Positions 14,555 to 28,430 of a stretch of 64,000 bases of DNA are shown here, in pieces. Numbering within the stretch: the stretch's first letter is position 1; every line of letters starts with the position of its first letter. Both the position numbers and the translations under genes were made by a program. Below the pieces are notes generated by a model. It searched no databases. It saw nothing but the letters and a program-made list of their open reading frames with translations, and was not told the DNA's origin. Origin of the DNA: Chrysomallon squamiferum (Eukaryota > Animalia > Mollusca); NCBI GenBank assembly GCA_012295275.1, contig CM022677.1, forward strand, positions 7,440,001-7,504,000, in the 5' to 3' direction.

Positions 14555-15270
14555 CAGAGAAAGCGGTGAGCAGGTGCGACCAACAAACAGACAGATAGAT
14601 AGACAAATAGTCAGAGAAATTGATGATGAAATGAAACAAATATATAGACAGACAGATAGATAGATAGACACATGCAGGTAGGTAAGGATGGATGGAGTGT
14701 TAGATGGGGGATGGATGAAAGTTTTGGTGCAAAGAATTGGGAAAGTAATAAATGGATAAAAGGATGGAATGGTGGACAGAAAGGTTTTCAATTATACAAG
14801 CAATTACTTTTCAGACATTATCAATTGTTAACAAATAAGGTCCTCATTGTAGGCCCATGGATTGAGTGTTATATCAATGGAATTTGGCGTAATATATAAA
14901 CTGTGGAATATAAATGAGGAATATATGGAGTTAGGAGGGAGGCATGACTGGAGGTACCAATAAATTGTTAATGAGAGACTAGAGATTTCTGGTATTGTTT
15001 ATGAAGAGAACATTAATCTGGTAATCTACACTGAAAACATAGTCATTCATCTATTGTTAAGAAGTAAATATGATAAGATACAAAGATGTATGTAACAGTT
15101 TGTGTTAAAGAGCACATTAATTACAGAACCTGTCATACTTAATTATCAATTAATATCTGGTAAAATGAAATAATCCATCTAATTAGAGTAATCTGGGGAG
15201 TGACACAGAGAGTAAGAAAGCCAAAGTGAAATATTTATATGTCATAACTTATTCTTAAGTACATACACTT
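14392..15270. repeat. ~76-bp inverted repeat pair (14392-14467 / 15194-15270) enclosing ~730 bp
   Basis: cttaagaataagttatgacatataaatatttc..ctttcttactctct..gtcactc is reverse-complemented at gagtgac..agagagtaagaaag..gaaatatttatatgtcataacttattcttaag. Confidence 0.85.
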
Positions 15271-15514
15271 CTGTCTATACTCTGTTGGTCTGTCTGTCTG
15301 TCTGTATATAGAAAGGGCTTTCAAAGCAATAGCACTGTATTTAAAATTAGAAAAAATAGCAATACCCTATGTAGGTAAATCTATTTATCATAATCTAACA
15401 ATCTGTCTATCTCTCTAACCAATTAAATGTTATATTAATGTACTAATTAGCCATTCCCTTTGGAAATGTTGCCACCCCTACACCACGGTGAGGTTCAGTA
15501 CACGTAGGGGATGT

Positions 15515-16015
15515 TAGTAATGGTTAGTATTTGTTAAATGTTAGTATTTGGTTAATGGTTAGTATTTTGTTAATAGTTACTATTTGTTAAATGTTAGTAT
15601 TTGCTTAATGGTTAGTATTTATTAAAAATTAGTATTTGGTTAATGGTTAGTATTTTGTTAATAGTTAGTATTTGTTAAATATTAGTATTTGGTTAATGGT
15701 TAGTATTTGGTTAATGGTTAGTATTTTGTTAATAGTTAGTATTTGTTAAATGTTAGTATTTGGTTAATGGTTAGTATTTGGTTAATTTGGTTAATGGTTA
15801 TTTTGGTTAATGGTTAGTATTTGTTAAATGTTAGTATTTGGTTAATTGTTAATATTTTCTTAATGGTTAGTATTTGTTAAACATTAGTATTTGGTTAATG
15901 GTTACTATTTGGTTAATGGTTAGTATTTGTTAAATGTTAGTATTTGGTTAATGGTTACTATTTTGTTAATGGTTAGTATTTGTTAAATTTTAGTATTTGG
16001 TTAATGGTTAGAATT
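15515..16015. repeat. 17-18 bp minisatellite (TTAATGGTTAGTATTTGG / TTAAATGTTAGTATTTGG variants)
   Basis: About 28 units visible, immediately downstream of the minus-strand RING ORF. Confidence 0.9.
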
Positions 16016-16656
16016 TGTTTTAATTGTAAAATAATATGTGCGTATGTGAATATGTGCGTGTGTGTTGATGTGTGTGTGTGTTTGTGTTTATACACGTATT
16101 CAGATAAGTATGTGGTAATTATTAGTAATTGTAACTAATTGGTTAAGGTTAGTTTTTGTTAAATGTTAATATGTTTCTGTGTGTGAGTGTATATATGTTT
16201 GTATATATGTTAGTGTAGTTCTGTGGGTGTTCTGTCTGTATGGATATTCGTATGTGTATGTATGGATGTATGTGTGTGTCTCTATATAAAGTGTACTACC
16301 TGGTTAATGGTTAGTATTCATGTTAATTGTTAGTATTTTGGTTGCATGTTAGTACTTATTAATTAAAAAACAATACAAACCTGAGCCCACCTCTCAAGGG
16401 TTATAGAGCTGCAAGGAGCATAACCAGCTTCACGTCAACATCATCAACACAATCTCCTATAGCACTGATATGCTGGAGCAAAAGGGAAAGAATGTTATTA
16501 TCACTGCAGATATTACCAACTTCAAATAAATATTTTACAAATAAATGTCTGTATCTATTACTGTTACTGTCATCATCATAAAATAAAAAAATGACAGAAG
16601 GATGCCAGCTGAAGTTAAAGCAATACACCTAGAGTAACGTTGTAAGGTTTCTAATA

Positions 16657-17565
16657 TTACACAAATCCTAGTAAACGACCTATCAGAAGACAAAATTCAA
16701 TTAGAACAAATAAGATTTTCCACAACAGAGAACTAAATATACGACTAAAATACGTAAATATACGACCGATATACGCAAATATACGTCTGATGAATCCAGC
16801 TGCAGAATGTCGTCTGACTCTTCTGACTCTTTTGACTCTGAGAGGTGGCAATGTGTACATCTCGCAGTTTCCATCTCTTAAGTTGTACACGATGGCGGTG
16901 AATCTTGCAGAGCAAACTGGACAATTTCTTCTGCTTCTAGACCACCTCTCCAAACAGCTGAAACAAAATTCATGTAAACACGAATCTGCATGACACTTAT
17001 CTAAAAAAAATTCTGAACACAAAGAACAAGTAGGTGACTTATCTGATTCAGGCTGTTGTGTTGATTCAGCAGTGCTGGGTGATGGTGATGTTGACGTCCC
17101 TGGTCTTTCTCCACATGCTGCTTTTACAGGGTCACCTTCGGAAATCTTTCGCCCTTTTGAAGGCTTCTTCGTGCACCCGTCATCCTGTGCTTTCCGTTTC
17201 CTAGATGTTGATGTCCCTGGTCCTCTACCTGATGTTTCTCCAGGGTCACGCTCGGAAATCTTTCGCACTTTTGGAGGCTTCTTCGTGCACCCGTCATCCT
17301 GTGCTTTCCGTTTCCTAGATGTTGATGTCCCTGGTCCTCTACCTGATGTTTCTCCAGGGTCACGTTCGGAAATCTTTCGCCCATTTGGAGGCTTCTTCGG
17401 GCACCCATCATCCTGTGCTTTCCGTTTCCTAGATGTTGATGTCCCTGGTCCTCTACGTGATGTTTCTCCAGGGTCACGTTCGGAAATCTTTCGGTCATTT
17501 GGAGGCTTTTCAGGGCACTCATCATCCTGTGCTTTCCGTTTCTTGGACGCTCTTACTTTTCCCAT
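16657..17565 (-). CDS. TOPORS-like RING-HC (C3HC4) E3 ubiquitin ligase derivative with four 38-aa basic repeats and a hydrophobic C-terminal tail, 302 aa
   Basis: CSLC-x12-CLHEFCFSC-x10-CPVC with the conserved W (LERWS) and a downstream FTAIVYNLR..YTL segment like TOPORS; uninterrupted ORF; pyrimidine tract and ttgcag acceptor 13 nt upstream of the ATG. Confidence 0.8.
   Translation of the reverse strand: MGKVRASKKRKAQDDECPEKPPNDRKISERDPGETSRRGPGTSTSRKRKAQDDGCPKKPPNGRKISERDPGETSGRGPGTSTSRKRKAQDDGCTKKPPKVRKISERDPGETSGRGPGTSTSRKRKAQDDGCTKKPSKGRKISEGDPVKAACGERPGTSTSPSPSTAESTQQPESDKSPTCSLCSEFFLDKCHADSCLHEFCFSCLERWSRSRRNCPVCSARFTAIVYNLRDGNCEMYTLPPLRVKRVRRVRRHSAAGFIRRIFAYIGRIFTYFSRIFSSLLWKILFVLIEFCLLIGRLLGFV
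17095..17550 (-). repeat. 114-bp coding tandem repeat, 4 units
   Basis: catcctgtgc anchors at 17181, 17295, 17409, 17523 (period 114); peptide SRKRKAQDDGCxKKPPxxRKISERDPGETSGRGPGTST. Confidence 0.95.
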
Positions 17566-18840
17566 TTCGTATTGATAACTGCAATAACATTGTAGGAGAA
17601 AAAAAAATTATATATAATCCAAAAGTATCTATTAATTTTATTTCTGTTGTTAGAACTATTTCTATTTTTATTTTATTTTTTAATGGCAGTACATTTTTTG
17701 TTTCACTTGTACGTTTTATCTGTTTGTTTTACTAACGTTAACCTTTGCACAAGAATTTTACAACCAGGGCGAATGTTCACATAATGAACATATAGCTTGG
17801 AACTTTGCATGAATTTATTACATAATGTCAGTTTCGCGTCTAAAATTATAGGTGTACAGGGTTTAAATTGTTTGTGGATGGTGATTTTAAAAATGCATTC
17901 AAAATAAATTAAAATCTATTGTCAAACACACACACGCGCGCGCGCACACATATTTAAAGTTTATATGTGATGTGATTTCATAACATGAAATTTATTATTT
18001 TATTTATTTATTTTTATTTTATTTTATTTATTTTTTTGCTGTTTTATTGTGTCATAGCTTTTAAAACTTATATTTTTATTTCAGTGATTGTTATTATCAG
18101 TGTTACTTTTTCTTTATCTATATTATTGTTCTTGTTGCTTTTTGTCGTTGGAGGAGTTGTTAGGTACTGAAAAGTGATTTTCAGTTTAGGAAATACAGGG
18201 TTGACTTTTTATCCTGATTTCAGAAACAAAATATTTAAAATTGTCAGTCAAATTGTTCCAAAGTTTTTGTTTTTTTAATATTGCCATTTTGAGGAAATCT
18301 TTTATAGGCTTGTTTCATAATATGTCAACTGTGTTTTCCAAACTCTGCTAAGAATATTTACATACAAAGTTGGCAAAATCATTCATTTGATATTAATATA
18401 TATATATATCTTTGAAAATTCAAAACTTCATTGTATTATAAATATAATTATGTTTTGTTGTTGTTGTTTTTTTTCACACTTGCAGAAACATAATCAAAGA
18501 TACTTCTGATATTGTGATTACTTTTGTAACATTCGTGAAATAAACAGAACGATAAAGATACAAGCATCAGTAGCAATAAGTTGAAACAGTTGGGCAGACC
18601 AAAAAATAGAGCGCTTTAGAATACCTACAGAGAGACAGACTGACAGGGAGATATTATTTAGATCGATATATAGACAGATTTGCAATTGATAACCGTGTGT
18701 ATGTTTGTAAGGGAATATTGGTACGTTGGTATTTAGAGTGGATAGACAGATAAATATAAAATAAAAATAATCAGACAGGTAGGCAGGCAGATGTGACTGA
18801 TCCGACAAATCTGATAAGCAGTTGTTATAGTCATGTTGAG

Positions 18841-18884
<44 letters not shown>

Positions 18885-19494
18885 TACTAGATTAAGAGGT
18901 CATACAATCAGATACATAGAGAAATGCAAAAAATATATTTTAATAATCAACTTATTTTGTAATTTGTCTTTTTTCCTCTTTTTCCTTACTTTATTTTATT
19001 GTGTTTGTCAGTTTATTTTGTTTCATTTAATCACAAACACACAACACAACTGGTAATTTTGATACCAGATAAATCTCTTTGCCTCTGTTCACATAGAGTT
19101 ACTACATTTACAAACAAAAATAAAATCACATAATTGACTTAGTTATATAATTTCTCACTCAGGCTCAGGATTCCTTATAATTATAAAATGTTTTGCTTTA
19201 CGTAATCCTGGATAAGAAAGCATAATCCATATATTTGAAATTGTAACAATAAAAATAGATGTAAATAAATAAATTCTAAATTTACCTGAACATACTGCCT
19301 CTTCTGGGATAAAAATAACAGTTTTAAATTTTCTAAGTTTTATTTATTTTATTTGTTTGATATAATATGTCCACGGACAGCAGTTTCACGGTGCGCTTTT
19401 CTTTAATCTATTTACTTCATATTTCAATTATTTCATTTTTTTTATTAATATGATTATTTTCATGATTTATTTTTGGTTTGTTCTTTTTACTTTT

Positions 19495-19525
<31 letters not shown>

Positions 19526-20254
19526 AATAATATTATTAATATAGCTTTTCTATTTTTTTTTTTTTTTTCATAATTGAATTTCCTAATTGCGTTTTAAAAT
19601 AATGTCTTCAGAATTATTTGATTTCTTCTTCATCTTAATCTAGCTTGCTAGCACTTACTCCCCACTAATTACTTTAACACGTTACATAATCTGACCTTTA
19701 CAGAATAGGAAGCAATGGCTATTATTTCTCCATTCTACACACTTCCCTACTTAAAATGTTGCCATCCTCAGCAACATAAAACATTTAATAATAATTTTAA
19801 TTGATATAATAAAATCTCTCATGATTTATCTCTATGACATTAAGAACAACGTCATTATGACGCCACCCACGAAAACATTAACATTAAAATAGGATTATCA
19901 GGTGGAAAGGTGCCAGGTTAAGGTAATATTCCACATAGAATTTTATAATTAATTATAGGTGTAATAGTTATATCTTTGATTTTATTATGAGAAGTCTAAA
20001 ATATTGAAAAATATTTAATAATGTATTAATTGTAACTGGTTTATTACAGGGAAGTGTGAGAAAGGGCAACATTAAGCAGATGTTCTGTTTGCTTTACAAT
20101 TAATATTATTCATAGTTATAAATGGAGCAATGGATATTTACCTTTATAGGAAAGACTCAGTATATGTTGAAAAGATAGAGAGACTTCCTTTAATGTCCAT
20201 GATATATATATTTATATATATTCACAGTGTTATGTGTTTATGTATATGTGTGTA

Positions 20255-20354
<100 letters not shown>

Positions 20355-20461
20355 AGGTACATACATAGAAGCATTTTATAGATAGATAGAAAGTCAGACA
20401 GGCAGACAGACAGGCAGATAGATAGATTGATACATTGAAACACAGAGAGCAGATAGACAGA

Positions 20462-20507
<46 letters not shown>

Positions 20508-21192
20508 TACACAGAGATTTTTACAACAGAACTGGACTTTTGAAACCATTCCAAATTGGTCACATTTAAAAATGTATTTAACAATGACAGTAAATTTTGG
20601 AATAAATGATGAAATATTTTTAATATTTGATATAAAGAATTGTCAAAAGAAAATACCTTGAAAGACTGAGTATATTGAAATATCTTGGGTAATCTTAGCT
20701 TTTAGGAATTATTTTATTATTAATATGTCATTGATAATCCAAACAAGCAGCTTTCTGTCCACTGGTCTATCCCCTATGTCCATCCACCATAATGCTTTCT
20801 CTAAAATGTCCCTGTTTGTATATCTTCCTGTGTGTGTCTGCTGTCTGTCTTTCAATAGACAGATAACAGACAAACACTTCTATCTACCTATGATGGATAA
20901 ATAAATGTTAACTCTGTCTCTGTACCTCTCCATCTCTCATTCAGTCAGTCAAGCAGTGTGGAACTGTCTGTCTGTCTGTCATTCTATGTACCTACCACTC
21001 TATCTGTCAAACACTCATAATTTATCCAAAACTATAGTTGAAAGTGTTTTGGAAAATGCATGACTTTCACTTATATTAATTTGCACACAACAGTTTTTAT
21101 TCATCTATTTCTCTATCAGTCAATCTTTAATGTTCTAAATCTTTCTTTCTAGATTTCAATCCACAAATCAATTTACTGCCAGCCAGTGTATA

Positions 21193-21430
21193 TATCTCTT
21201 TATCTATCTATAAAACACATACACAAACATAATTAACTCTAATTCACATATTCATCTCTTTATCTATCTATAAAACACATACACAAACATAATTCACTAT
21301 ATTTCACATATTCATCTCTTTATCTATCTATAAAACACATACACAAACATAATTCACTCTAATTCACATATTCATTTCTTTATCTATCTATAAAACACAT
21401 ACACAAACATAATTCACTTTAATTAACATA
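21193..21430. repeat. 60-bp minisatellite, 4 copies
   Basis: tatctatctataaaacacatacacaaacataatt recurs at an exact 60-bp period. Confidence 0.95.
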
Positions 21431-21874
21431 CTCATTACCATCTCTTTATCTCATAATTCACATACTCCCATCCTATATCGCTAACACATTAACATACTAA
21501 CACTTTCTTCCTCACACACATATCAGCATAGCTCTACATATCTCTGTATCTAAATGTATGTCTGTCATCTATACCTCATCCTCTGTCAATCTCTCTCACT
21601 AATTGTATATCCCTCTCATTATACATATCTCTCTGTTTGTCAGTCTATCAAACTTCCAGTCCATCTTTTCATCTATCTCTCTCTCAAAAATACATGCACA
21701 CCCTTGCACACACATTATGCATATATACCCATTTTCTCTCAGTAATAAGAAAACACATATTTGATCACATACACACATACGTATCTAACACACTTAGCTA
21801 GATGAATGAAGGAGGGAGTCAGGCAAATACAGATGGATGAAATTGTCTTTGTCCTCCCAGTATTGGTGAATTTA

Positions 21875-23065
21875 CTTTGACAATATTTTTATTTTTGAAG
21901 AATTTCATTCACTTGGTGTGAACACTGTCAGTGTGTATTGAAACAGTCACATTTTGATGGATTGTCCTCATTTACAATCATTTAAACATCCGCTTTTTCA
22001 AAATATGGTCTTATCTTGATTCTTTTATCACTTTATTCTATATACATGATGAACTGCTTCTAACTTAGTTCTCATAGATTTCATTCATCATGCACATCAA
22101 GACTCACAGAACTCACTGAAAATTTACATGAAGCATTTAATAAAGATCAGTAACTCAATGTACATCATATTGAATCTTAGAATATTTATTTCTCAAAATA
22201 AATTATTTTTCTGTTCTTATTGTCATTACCTTGTAATTTTATTTATTTTACTATGTGTATTTTTTTGTTAATCTTTTTCTATTAACTGTTTACACTTTGT
22301 AAAATGTAAATATTTGTCATTTTATTTTAAAGAGTAATTAGTGATATTTAGTTTGTTAAGTGTTCAAATAGTGAGAATGAAATACTGATTTGTCTTCACA
22401 GACATCTTATAAAGTACACACAAACACTCTATGCTGTCACACAGTTAGAACAAAATATTTTATATATCATCCTGTAATTAACCACATATCTGTTCATCCA
22501 ACTACACGAGCTTCTATTCATTTATTCTTTCATTCGTCCAGCATTTATCACATTCAGTGAGTTATTCTATTTGGATATTATGTGAATGTATCATCCCTCT
22601 CTATCTCTAACCAGGCTAACATTTTACTTTATCTATTCATATCTCTTATTCATCGTCCATCCATCTTTCAATCCTATACTTCCACACATATACATGAATC
22701 CAGTGATTAATCTAAGCACAAACAATCAAATTTTCTTTTCACAACAATCACATCAAGCTGAAACTTCCAGTTTTTAACAAATGTTGTTACCTGTGACTGA
22801 AACAGTCTCTCCTGCACTCATCCAGTCTGATTATTTATATCAATAAATAAATAAATAAATAAATAATATTTATCCTGATCAACAGCTCCACCCAGTGTCT
22901 CAGAGGAACACCCTGTCACAACTGCTCACCATCATTACATACACACAAACACACTCATACACATACACACACACACACACTCATACACATACATGCACAC
23001 ACACAATGCACAAAACACACATTATATATATATATATATACATACATACATAATATTACAGACAC

Positions 23066-23098
<33 letters not shown>

Positions 23099-23972
23099 TC
23101 ACATGCATGTATACTGGATAGGCTACACACATAAACAGTCTCCCAGATATATATACACAGGCGCATGAACAAAAACATACACATACCCCACTATCATACA
23201 TATAGTCATAAAATACACAATCCCATATGTACTATTACTGTAATACACATGCACATACATGTGCTAATATGCAAACATAAACACATACACACAGTCATGT
23301 TTTAAACTTGTCATGTATACTCATTCACCTAGACAGACATATACACACCAGCAATAATCAACAACTCCACCCTGTTTCACACACATACATACTCACACCT
23401 GCACATACACACACCTATACATACATACACATACATACACATAGATACACATACATACACATACACACACCTATACATACATACACACACACATACATAC
23501 ATACACACATACATACATACTCACACCTACTGATACACACCTATACATATGTACATACACACACATTGCATATCCACACACATAAACAGTCATCTTTTAA
23601 TCTAGTCACATATTCATACAGATATATACTCACCAACAAGTTGTATATACACATAATATGCAAACAGACTAACACACACACACACACACACACACACTGT
23701 AGTTGACATATATCATTCACACTGAGAGTATCACACTCTATGTATCTGTTCTTTCTGATTAACAAACCATCTCTTTCCATGTCTCTTTAAATTACTCTTT
23801 TACAGTGCATTGCATTCTATGTTGAATATATCCTTTTATATAAATATAACACACAACACATACACACACACACACACAAACCCCAAGACACAAACACTCA
23901 CACGGATACACATTCACACAAACTCACCCACACATACACACATTCACACACAAACTCACCCACACATACACA

Positions 23973-24016
<44 letters not shown>

Positions 24017-24078
24017 AACACATACACACATAGACACAAACACACAGACACAAACACTCGGACATAAACACTCGGACA

Positions 24079-24130
<52 letters not shown>

Positions 24131-27100
24131 GACACTGGATGTGTAAAAAGATAGATAAATGAAAGGATAAATGAATAGTGACACATAATAAAATATTTCA
24201 TTAATGACTTTTATTCTCAGATGATCTAAACAGACTACAAACTAATCAGTGTTTCAATGTAAACTAACACTGCATGTCTCTCTATACACCAACTTAAACC
24301 ACTAAGTCAAAGTTTACCATTCTACCTCTAGTTATCAATATAACATTACCTCATTTTATTCTTAATAAAAAAGGCTTTTAATCTGGAAACCGTTTCTGTA
24401 TTTTTTCTATTTATACTCACTAAAATCAAACAAAAAAAAGTTTTGTTTACATTATGAAACTTTAATCCATAATGCATCAAAGAATTTGTATTACATTTTA
24501 GAATTAACAGAATTATTATTTGTTTCTCACTTTTAATACAACAGAAGACAAATAATATATCTTGTAATATACATATAAAGTTGTATAACGAGGAATCATT
24601 ATAAACATGTAGGTATATTCCAAGAACACTATATTTCAACTTATATCTGTTAATATGTGATAAATAATTAAAATATAAACAAAATATTTACAGTGGATTC
24701 TATAATAACAGGAGACTGATGGGTAATGCCATTTTAGACTGCAGACTTATAAAGATTAAAAAACTGGAATTTTCTTATTACAAATGTCACATCAAAGTTT
24801 TAGACTGATTGCAGAGTATGAAGATTAAAATAATAAAAAATTGGAACATTTTTTTAATTATAAATTTTACAGTTATGGTTTGCAGGTTTTAGACTGATTG
24901 CAGTTATAAAGATTAAAAATAACATAAAATTGGAATATTTTTTATTACAAATGTTACAGATATATTGCATTTTTGTAAAAATTAAAATAACATAAAATTG
25001 CAATTTGTTTTAATTACAAATGTTAAGGTTTTAGACATATTGCAGATTTATAAAGATTAAAATAATAGTTACATAGTAAACATTTTTTATATAATTGTTT
25101 TTTTTTTAAGTATTTAAATATTTCTCATTGTTACTGCAATAAAAAATACAACAAAAAATGTATCATTAAGTTCCATTCAAAAAAAAAAAAAAAAAAGAGG
25201 GTAGAACACATGACTGAAATAATTTACTTTTCATATATAAAAATAAAAATACAAGCAGAATAATTTTTCATACAGGATGATAAAATTAGAAACACAGATA
25301 TTTACAATCAGACATAGTATTTTCATGTATATCTTCAAATGTCTATCAAATGACTTCATGTCAAAAAAAAATGTTGTTTTGGGATTTTTTTTTGTTATAA
25401 ACAAATTCTAATTATCCCTAATTACATAATTTTAAATATATTTATACAATGATTACCCACAGCAACCCTTGATTTTCCCTGATTTAAAATATGACAAAGA
25501 AAGAAAAAGAAAAAAAAAAACAATTTTTAGTTTTTTTTATGAGTTTCTTCTTTTTTTTATGAAAAGTTCTAATTACTGTAATGACCTAATTTTAAATATA
25601 TTTACATTGATTATCCCAGCAAACCTTTCATTTTCCCCGATTTAAATAATACAAAAATTATTAAAAATGTTTACACCTCTATCACGTTAATTTTAGCTTG
25701 CTTACAAAAATGGCATTCCATTGCAGTGATGAATCTCCATTCCTCTTTCAGTGAGAAAAATTAGAACAACCAAGCACACCTCAATGATAAAAACAGTGCA
25801 AGCTGCTATGAAGTACAATGTGTACACTGGATGTTCTGATCACATTGACAATGCAGTCTCTTGGAGATCACTGAGTGTTCGAAATTCAAATTACATTTCA
25901 GACAGATTTTCTCTTGAAAGTGTCGAGTTTTCTCTGGACAGGGAAGACTGTGATGTAATAGCATTCTTGTGCTCTGGTGAACCTTTTCTGAAAATGGGTC
26001 TTACAACATTTTCAACTGAAGTGCTGGCTAAGGCAGCTTGAATCTGTTGTCTGGGATCCTACAACAAAATATAATATTCATTAATAAACTAATCATAAAA
26101 TAAAGTGCAAGCAGTATTGTTGTTGTCAATATTTCACTGTCTTAGCAAGTAGAATTTTAGTCCTCATTTTTATTTTTTCCATCCAATTTTAATAATAAAA
26201 ATAATTTATTAAATGGTTTTATATTCTTAGTTTAATTTTATTTTTTGACTTTGACATAAAAGCATTAAAAGAGCAATACACCAGTAAGAGATTACAAAAA
26301 TATGTTTTAATATATTTGAATAATTCTATTAATTTGTTAAAATGTTGATATTTACACTGTTTTAGTCTTTTAGTCCAGTTTAAGATGACTGCCAGGAATA
26401 TTAAGTAAATAAACATTTTAAACCTACATAGTATTACATTAGGCAGTAAGAAAATGTTCTTCTAATTCTGATTCTACTTGAAATACTAACATACTAGCAT
26501 GATGAAAATATATTTGAGATTATTCTTAAGATCTTTAATTAACCTTTAACAATTGGTATAGTTACATCATTTATAATAAATTATTTGATTATTAAAATAT
26601 TTGATTGTAACATACTTTCCTGCCACTTTAATATAAGTACATTTTTGCCCCTTTTTCAGATTTGAGTGAGATATTACTAACAGCAAATTACACATGTTCT
26701 GTTCACTACTCTATTAGGCTGTCATGCAAATTATTATGAGGTTTGTTGGTGTGTATAAACCATTATTAAATTATTCTAAACTATCTAAAGTAAACATCAT
26801 TTATGAGACATTTATGTAAATGTTTCAATACTATTCTGTGCATAAAAATACATTTTGCTACTTTTAATTAAATCCCCATCCTTAATCAAATGAGCTATAA
26901 AACACAAAAGTGAATGAATAAAACAAACCTTTATAGGAGCATTCAGTCCATACATAGACATGGATATTTTAGATCTTGGACAAAAGAAATTAAACTAATT
27001 CTTAATTAATGAAAATAAATAAAACAGTAGTTATATAGATTATATTTTTAATTTAAAAAAAACAACAAAAAACAAACAACACCACCACACACACACAAGC

Positions 27101-28310
27101 TACTACAATCTAAAAACAACAAATAATAGAATTTTCATCTTATAAATTGTCTTCTTTAGTGTTGAAACAGTAATATAAAAATGCATTTTAAACCCCAACA
27201 CAATAATTAAGTAGCATTAGTGACAACAAAGATATGAATAAATTCTTAAGAGCTTTTAATTCACAAACAAATAATTTACATTCTTTTTTCTTTCAAAATA
27301 TCTGAATTAACAGCCTTTTTCATCAATGTATATCTGATAAGGGCTAACAATAAAATATAAAAAATAAAAAATGCTATTAATGACAAAACTTATTTTTTTA
27401 CCTTAATTTTTATACAAATATCATCTTTGTCAGTTAAAGAGGTGACACGTGAAAGGAAAAAGAAAAGACAGTGTTAACTTACTTGGTCTCTTCAAGTTCT
27501 GTTTGATCTTTTTTGTGTGGTTGTTTAATGTTCCCAACATGAGTAACCATTACTTCCCACTATCACATGCATGGAAATGAAAGTCATGTCTCTCAATGCT
27601 CTGTGAAAATATGTAATGTTTATTAGTATTAAAGATATTTTATCTGTTTTTATCAATGTAAATTATTGCTAAATATATGCGAGTATGTAACATAAAACAT
27701 AAAAGGTAAAAAGAGAAAAAATAAGAGTAAAACTGTAAGTGGAGAAAGTGAACAGAAAATAAGGGTAAGCAGTAGCCAAGCTGCTCAAGAAGTCGCTATT
27801 ACAAGGATGTCAAATACACAGAATAATGAGATGTTCATCTCTCCATTTTATCAGTCAACACCAATTCAACAGTGTCAGCAGTCACAGTATGGACAATACA
27901 GACAAACTTAATCATCCCATGGTCAGTATTCTGTTTAATTTCAACAGTTGTGCAGTATAAAATTAGATACTTTGATTAGAAAGTTATTACAAGGTTTGTT
28001 GGTGCATAAACCTTTATTAAATGTATGTATCAATGGTGAAATGATTGATATTTAAAAGAAAAGTACAAGATATGAATTACATTCACTAACAGTTGAAAGC
28101 AATAAAAAAAACTTGAAGATTTGAAATCCGTTGTGTCAGATATGACCAGTTTCTACCTGTGAAATGAGAGATAATAATAACATATGAAACAACAAATATG
28201 TGAATTAAAAACTGAATTTGGAAACTTAAGAGAAAATTACCTACAAACTGGCTTCACGGGTGACAATTTAATCTTTAGTGAGATACCAGAGAAGACACAG
28301 ATGAGGAGTT
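21875..28310 (-). repeat. Right arm of the ~6.5 kb inverted duplication (arm B')
   Basis: ctttgacaatattttt at 21875 is the reverse complement of the last bases before the gap; co-linear to ~4290. Confidence 0.95.
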
Positions 28311-28430
28311 GAAAAGTTTTATAAAAAATGAAATGAAAGTAGAAAATAATATCGATGTTCACACAGTGAATTGACTGGGGAAGAAAGACTTAAATGGTGA
28401 CACTGGGAGAGGATGGGCCAGAAGCCAGTA
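28130..28430 (+). mobile_element. LINE ORF1 fragment (longer copy of 4278-4480)
   Basis: ..DNLIFSEIP..DTDEELKSFIKNEMKVENNIDVHTVN*LGKK matches the LINE ORF1 RRM-region pattern; frameshifted. Confidence 0.6.

Noticed and set aside
15515-16015. Possible interstitial telomere
   Set aside because: The unit is 17-18 bp with no TTAGGG or TTAGG runs.
16657-17565. Viral ICP0-like origin or an endogenous virus/Maverick bounded by long inverted repeats
   Set aside because: No polymerase, capsid, ATPase or intact integrase in the spacer; the arms contain host-type introns and microsatellites; the RING flanks fit TOPORS.
17072-17575. Antisense and alternative-frame ORFs over the 114-bp repeat
   Set aside because: Shadows of a stop-poor repeat whose length is a multiple of three; only the minus frame continues into a recognisable RING.
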